A stretch of DNA of 56,573 bases from an uncultured Acidobacteriota bacterium (GTDB lineage Bacteria > Acidobacteriota > UBA6911): positions 1-56,573 of the forward strand of contig CAWHCF010000018.1 in the NCBI GenBank assembly GCA_963827655.1. The letters run 5' to 3'. A program made the position numbers and the translations under genes. Of the stretch, positions 52,435-56,573 are shown one piece after another (the first letter of the stretch is position 1; every line of letters starts with the position of its first letter). The notes under the pieces were generated by a model. The model was not told the DNA's origin, searched no databases, and was given only the letters and a program-made list of their open reading frames with translations.

Positions 52435-52525
52435 ATTAACAACCAGGACTCAAATAGGCCTTGGAGTCTTCGTGTCCTGGCGGTTAATGCGCATAAACAA
52501 AGCCACCACTAAGATACGAAGACGC
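52435..52525. repeat. REP-like cluster (hairpin 52435-52488, forward arm 52505-52525)
   Basis: attaacaaccaggac...gtcttcgtgtcctggcggttaat; caccactaagatacgaagacgc. Confidence 0.8.
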
Positions 52526-52560
52526 TGTTGTAGCTCTTCTTCAGCGCCGATCCAAGACCT

Positions 52561-55500
52561 CTATGGTACGGCGCGAGTGGTGGGAGCGCGAACCGTCACA
52601 GTAAAGGAGCAGGTAGACCTGTTCCCTGCTTCATCCGTCGCGGTGACATCGATGGTGCTGATTCCGATGGGAAACACCGTTCCGGACACTTTCGAATAGC
52701 CGACGTTCGGCGGAGAAACAGTGTCGGAAGCGTTCGCCGGAGGATAGTTTACCGTTGCGCCGGCGCTCCCGGAGGCCTCGACGGCAATGCTCTGAGGACA
52801 AGCGAGCGTCGGCGGAGCTTTGTCGATCTTGATGACCAGGGTGTGGGTGGACTCGACGTTACCTCCGAGGTCGACGGCATAGTACTTCAATGTCGTGGTC
52901 CCCTCAGCGCCGAGCACGAGCGGAAGCGATGCAGCATCAACGGTCCCGCCGCCAATGCTGGCGCCGGTTAGCGAGTACTTGATGCTCTGCACTCCGGCTC
53001 CCCCCGCGTGGTCCGCCGCATTCAGCGTCACGTGCACATCGGAAGTGTACCAGCCGTTCGCATTCTGATTCTCCGCGATCGTGGCCGTCGTCAGAGGCGG
53101 CCTCACATCGAGCGTGAAATAGGCAACCGGCATGTCGTGATCGGAGACGCGCTCCGGCCGGCTTGGATCGCTGCGCAGAGATTCGGGAAAGTCGGCGTCA
53201 CTGCGCGCGTAATAGATGCCCCGAACCGAAGACAACATAGCGTCGTTGACCAGGATGTGATCGAGGACCTGCGCATTGCCGTCGAACGAGTAGGAGTATC
53301 TTTCGGCGGCGGGGACCGCATCGACAAGATTGGTGAGAACCGGATTCACGAGGGGGGAGCTGGCGAGTACGACCTGGCCGGCCGGCGCTGGCGTTCCCTT
53401 GATTGTTCCGATCGTATCGACATAGCCGTCGTTGAACTGGAAGGCGTTGAAGTCGCCCACCAGTACGATCCGCTCGCCGGGATTCAGAAGCTGCCGCGCC
53501 TGCACGAGGTTGGCAAGGAATTCCGCCTGCGCGCGGCGCTTGGCCCGGACTCGCGCGCCGTCTGCCGCGTCATCGATGCCGGAGAGCGAGCGGAGGTGGT
53601 TTACGATCACCGTAAGCTCAAAGTGCGGATCCATGACACCTGGTATCGCGGCGCGCAGAATCAGCGGAGGGCGGTCGTTCAGAAGCTCCGGTTGCCCGTT
53701 GTTCGGATTGACATAGGTTGCGTCCTTTCCTTCCTGTATCACATCCATAACGATCACGCGAGACGACTTTACGAGCAGGCCGGCGTCAATTCCTCCGATA
53801 TCGTTTCCCTCGACCAGAGCGGCGACGTATAGAGGGTTCGACATTCCAGCAGCGACCGCGTCGTTATTGATCTTGGTTGCCAGGGCCTGCAAGGTCGCCA
53901 GGTTCTCGACTTCCTCCACTCCTATGATATCCGGCGACTTCATGACGTTGCGTATGGCGAGCGACGCCTTGTTGAGGCGATTGTTGAAAGCCGTCGGATT
54001 CAGCGCCACGTCATCGATCCCGGGGTCATTCACGGTATCGAAGAACCTTTGCATATTGAAAGAGGCGACGGTGAACTGGTCCCGCTCAGGGTTGGGAACA
54101 GGCTGAGCGCTGAGATTGCCCGTGACCGTGGCGACAGGAGCCGGGTCGGTCAGGATCGAGTAGGTCCGGAAGGAGAAATCGAGGACACCGGTCACGTTCG
54201 TGATCGAGGCGCTGGAGGTGACCTCCAGCTTCGTCGAGCCGGTCTGGGCCCCGCTGTCGATACGCAATCGTTCGGGGTTTGCATCGAAGCGAGGAACACC
54301 GGCAGGGCTTCCCGGCGGCAAGGGATCGGGAACCTGGATTCCAGGTTCACGAAACGGGCGCGCCACGCCGGTGATCACCGCATAGAAGATTCCGTTGGAC
54401 GTCGAGGTAGCGTTGGCTTCGCTGACACTTCCCTGCGTGGGGGCGATCGCAGTGAGCGAATCCACATGTACGCGCATCCCTTCGAATCGCTCCAGTTGTT
54501 CGACCGTGCCCGTTGGACTCGTAGTCGCCGAGGTGAGCGTGACCGGAAGTGGCAATGGATTTCCGGTCGATATGAGCGCCACCGTCGGCGCGCCTGAGAT
54601 CTCGGTTAGCGGCGGACTGGCAGGATCCGCCGAGGGAATAAACTCCGCTACCCTGCCGGTAACCGCGACTGCGTTCCCCACCGCGGCGGCAGCGGGCGGG
54701 GTCGAGCCGGTGAAAACAAAGATTCCCTCGGACGTATTCGCATCGGAGTCCACGTCCGTGTCGGGCGTCTGGATGAAGAACCCGTTGCTCTTTACCGCCG
54801 TTACGATGGCGACCGTTGTCTGGACGGTGGCACCGACGTGAGGCGAAGTCAGACCGCTTCCCTGGATGTCGTGTATCGTCAACGTGGGTACCGGAGGCAA
54901 AATACAGCTATTGAATGGGGTGCCCGAGTTTCTGGGGTTCGGCGTGCCGGTAAGAAAATCGGCCGAGTTGTTGTCAGTGTCGATGCAGCCGCTGTTTCTG
55001 CGCATAGCGGCCGTTGTATTGCCGGGAGCCGGAGTCGGTCCGGCTCCTTCAAAACAGTCCGCGTTCGAACCATACCCGGCGAAATCGATGACGGACGAAC
55101 CTGTGGGACAACCTGCGGAGAGAGGGATGGTAGTCGATACGAGCGCCACCTTTCCGGCGCCCGCAGCCATCGAAATGGACCCGACCACATCGGGCGTGAG
55201 GTTGACGGTGCCTCCTGTGCCACTCGCCTCCTGGATGAGCAAGTATCGACCCGGGGGGATCGTCCCGCTCAAATCGGTCTTTTGCCACGAGGTGCCGGTG
55301 GCCGATGCATACTGGACGGACCAGCCCGATACATTGACCGCGGCCGAGCTTCGGTTGAAGATCTCGATGAAGTCATTCTTGAAGACGGCTCCAGAGTTGC
55401 CGCCGCCGCCGTAGATCTGACTGATGACCACCGCTCCGGGAGCGATCGAATCAGATTGGATCGTCAGAGAAATGCCGGTCGATCCCGTGCGAGCCTGAGC

Positions 55501-56526
55501 GTCGGTGATCGCCGCCGGTATCGTTTTGGCCCCCGGCGTCGTACCCATCCTTACCGTGGCTTGAAACGAAAAGACCCGGTCGGCCGCAGTCACATCGCCG
55601 TTGCTCCCGTCGTCGAACAATGGTTGATTCGCGAGGCCGCCGATCGACGAGAGGTCTGCCCCGACGGCGATCCCACTGCTCGTGGGGTTCTGTCCCGGCG
55701 TCACCTGGACCGTCAGTAGCGTGGTTCCACCGGCTGCGACGGTGGAAGGGTTCGCCGAGCCCGAGCCGGTGGGGTTTGTCGGCGAGCCCGAGGGAGCCGA
55801 GCTTGTGTTTTGCGGGTCGCTGGGTGCGATCAGTTGAAAATCGGCCGAGTTGTTATCCGAATCCTGTCCGCTTCCAGCGGCGCCTCCCGGCTTTCTTTCG
55901 TAGCTGCGATCAAGATTGGAGGTTCCGAGGCTGGCGAGCGGGGTCCCTTCCTTGTACGCGGAGCCCGAGCTCAGGCCCGCCTGGTCGACGATCGTGTCGT
56001 CCGGGAGCGTAATGGCAATACCGCCGTCGTCCGTGATTCCGGTGGCGTACGTCTCGTCACCGGGCACCGAACCGCTATAGGGTCCGCCCGCCGTGCTGCT
56101 GTTCGTGAATAGATAGTGGCCGTGCGCGGGAATGATCTTTCCTGACGGCACCGTGGCACGCACACTCACGGTTCCGGCGTTGTTTGATCCTTTCAGTTTC
56201 CAGCCCGAGATATCGACCGGGCTCGAAGCCAGGTTGTAGAGCTCCACGAATTCGTCGCTGCCGCCGTTCGGGCCGCGAACTCGAAACTCGCTGATCACGA
56301 CCGTCGTGGAAACGGCGCGCAGGCTCTGAGGCGCCGCAAACCACAACAGGGAAAGGACCAGTATCGAAGCGTACTGAACGGACAGGCGCAAACGACGGTT
56401 GGCCGCGAGCCGGCCGAGACAGTCGCTGGAGGCAGGCGAACCCATAAGCGGCAATCTCCCCGAATCCTGGGTTTGAAAACGCGCGACGAGATGCGTAGAA
56501 GGGCAGCTTATGCCTTTGCAGAGCAA
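52561..56526 (-). CDS. secreted nuclease: two lamin-tail domains, OB-fold, EEP (ExeM/NucH-like) domain and HYR-like tail; true start probably downstream of 56526
   Basis: VVISEFRVRG and VVISQIYGGGGN (LTD); TIHDIQG, SEGIFVF, LERFEGMRV; FNMQRFF, EEVEN, VGDFNA, LDHILV, SDHD; FPIGISTIDVTATDEAGN. Confidence 0.88.
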   Translation of the reverse strand: MLCKGISCPSTHLVARFQTQDSGRLPLMGSPASSDCLGRLAANRRLRLSVQYASILVLSLLWFAAPQSLRAVSTTVVISEFRVRGPNGGSDEFVELYNLASSPVDISGWKLKGSNNAGTVSVRATVPSGKIIPAHGHYLFTNSSTAGGPYSGSVPGDETYATGITDDGGIAITLPDDTIVDQAGLSSGSAYKEGTPLASLGTSNLDRSYERKPGGAAGSGQDSDNNSADFQLIAPSDPQNTSSAPSGSPTNPTGSGSANPSTVAAGGTTLLTVQVTPGQNPTSSGIAVGADLSSIGGLANQPLFDDGSNGDVTAADRVFSFQATVRMGTTPGAKTIPAAITDAQARTGSTGISLTIQSDSIAPGAVVISQIYGGGGNSGAVFKNDFIEIFNRSSAAVNVSGWSVQYASATGTSWQKTDLSGTIPPGRYLLIQEASGTGGTVNLTPDVVGSISMAAGAGKVALVSTTIPLSAGCPTGSSVIDFAGYGSNADCFEGAGPTPAPGNTTAAMRRNSGCIDTDNNSADFLTGTPNPRNSGTPFNSCILPPVPTLTIHDIQGSGLTSPHVGATVQTTVAIVTAVKSNGFFIQTPDTDVDSDANTSEGIFVFTGSTPPAAAAVGNAVAVTGRVAEFIPSADPASPPLTEISGAPTVALISTGNPLPLPVTLTSATTSPTGTVEQLERFEGMRVHVDSLTAIAPTQGSVSEANATSTSNGIFYAVITGVARPFREPGIQVPDPLPPGSPAGVPRFDANPERLRIDSGAQTGSTKLEVTSSASITNVTGVLDFSFRTYSILTDPAPVATVTGNLSAQPVPNPERDQFTVASFNMQRFFDTVNDPGIDDVALNPTAFNNRLNKASLAIRNVMKSPDIIGVEEVENLATLQALATKINNDAVAAGMSNPLYVAALVEGNDIGGIDAGLLVKSSRVIVMDVIQEGKDATYVNPNNGQPELLNDRPPLILRAAIPGVMDPHFELTVIVNHLRSLSGIDDAADGARVRAKRRAQAEFLANLVQARQLLNPGERIVLVGDFNAFQFNDGYVDTIGTIKGTPAPAGQVVLASSPLVNPVLTNLVDAVPAAERYSYSFDGNAQVLDHILVNDAMLSSVRGIYYARSDADFPESLRSDPSRPERVSDHDMPVAYFTLDVRPPLTTATIAENQNANGWYTSDVHVTLNAADHAGGAGVQSIKYSLTGASIGGGTVDAASLPLVLGAEGTTTLKYYAVDLGGNVESTHTLVIKIDKAPPTLACPQSIAVEASGSAGATVNYPPANASDTVSPPNVGYSKVSGTVFPIGISTIDVTATDEAGNRSTCSFTVTVRAPTTRAVP

Positions 56527-56573
56527 GGCGCCATGAATTTTTGATAAAGTTTTCGAGCGCTGCGCACCAAATA

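Noticed and set aside
6298-52525. REP-like copies as a CRISPR array or as attC sites
   Set aside because: They are dispersed rather than regularly spaced, there are no cas genes, and although they contain TAAC/GTTA they lack the L-box/extrahelical-base geometry.
12504-56012. Long antisense or alternate-frame ORFs (e.g. 12504..13610, 27732..29138, 43908..45035, 54838..55719)
   Set aside because: These are shadow ORFs opposite well-supported genes, expected in GC-rich DNA, and carry no motifs.
1-56573. tRNA, rRNA, IS transposase or prophage genes
   Set aside because: None were recognisable by eye. A tRNAscan/Rfam/ISfinder search would be needed to exclude small or divergent ones.

Overview
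GC-rich bacterial chromosomal segment whose gene content suggests Acidobacteriota (inference): Oar-type TonB-dependent receptors, wHTH/BTAD-TolB-TPR regulators, ECF sigma factors and many secreted enzymes. At least 9 genes are split by 1-bp indels, often in homopolymers, so this is probably an unpolished long-read assembly and most 'pseudogenes' may be artefacts. Genes in order: CadC-like wHTH-beta-propeller regulator, two di-heme cytochromes c around a TPR protein, BTAD-TPR regulator, ECF sigma, Tat TIM-barrel enzyme, large patatin-like membrane protein, NHL protein, TBDR, secreted ADA2-like adenosine deaminase with NUP, hicBA, L,D-transpeptidase and mepK, TBDR, hydroxyacid dehydrogenase, cupin, FG-GAP/beta-helix protein, a tandem pair of small unknown proteins, a degraded TBDR, a kinase/AAA_35/AAA_35-WD40/ECF locus, HpcH aldolase, an SBP56 (methanethiol-oxidase family)/cysteine synthase/MOSC cluster, and an LTD-EEP nuclease. 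Main non-coding observations: (1) about 20 copies of a 9-bp-periodic REP-like element (AACCACNAAGACACGAAGACNCGAAGAAAC) that brackets genes as inverted pairs, supplies the termini of one protein and abuts apparently truncated genes; (2) a ~2.9-kb tract with strand-specific loss of CC (C>T plus C deletions); (3) integron attC-like sites around the tandem gene pair with no integrase in the window; (4) a heptamer-repeat palindromic element.
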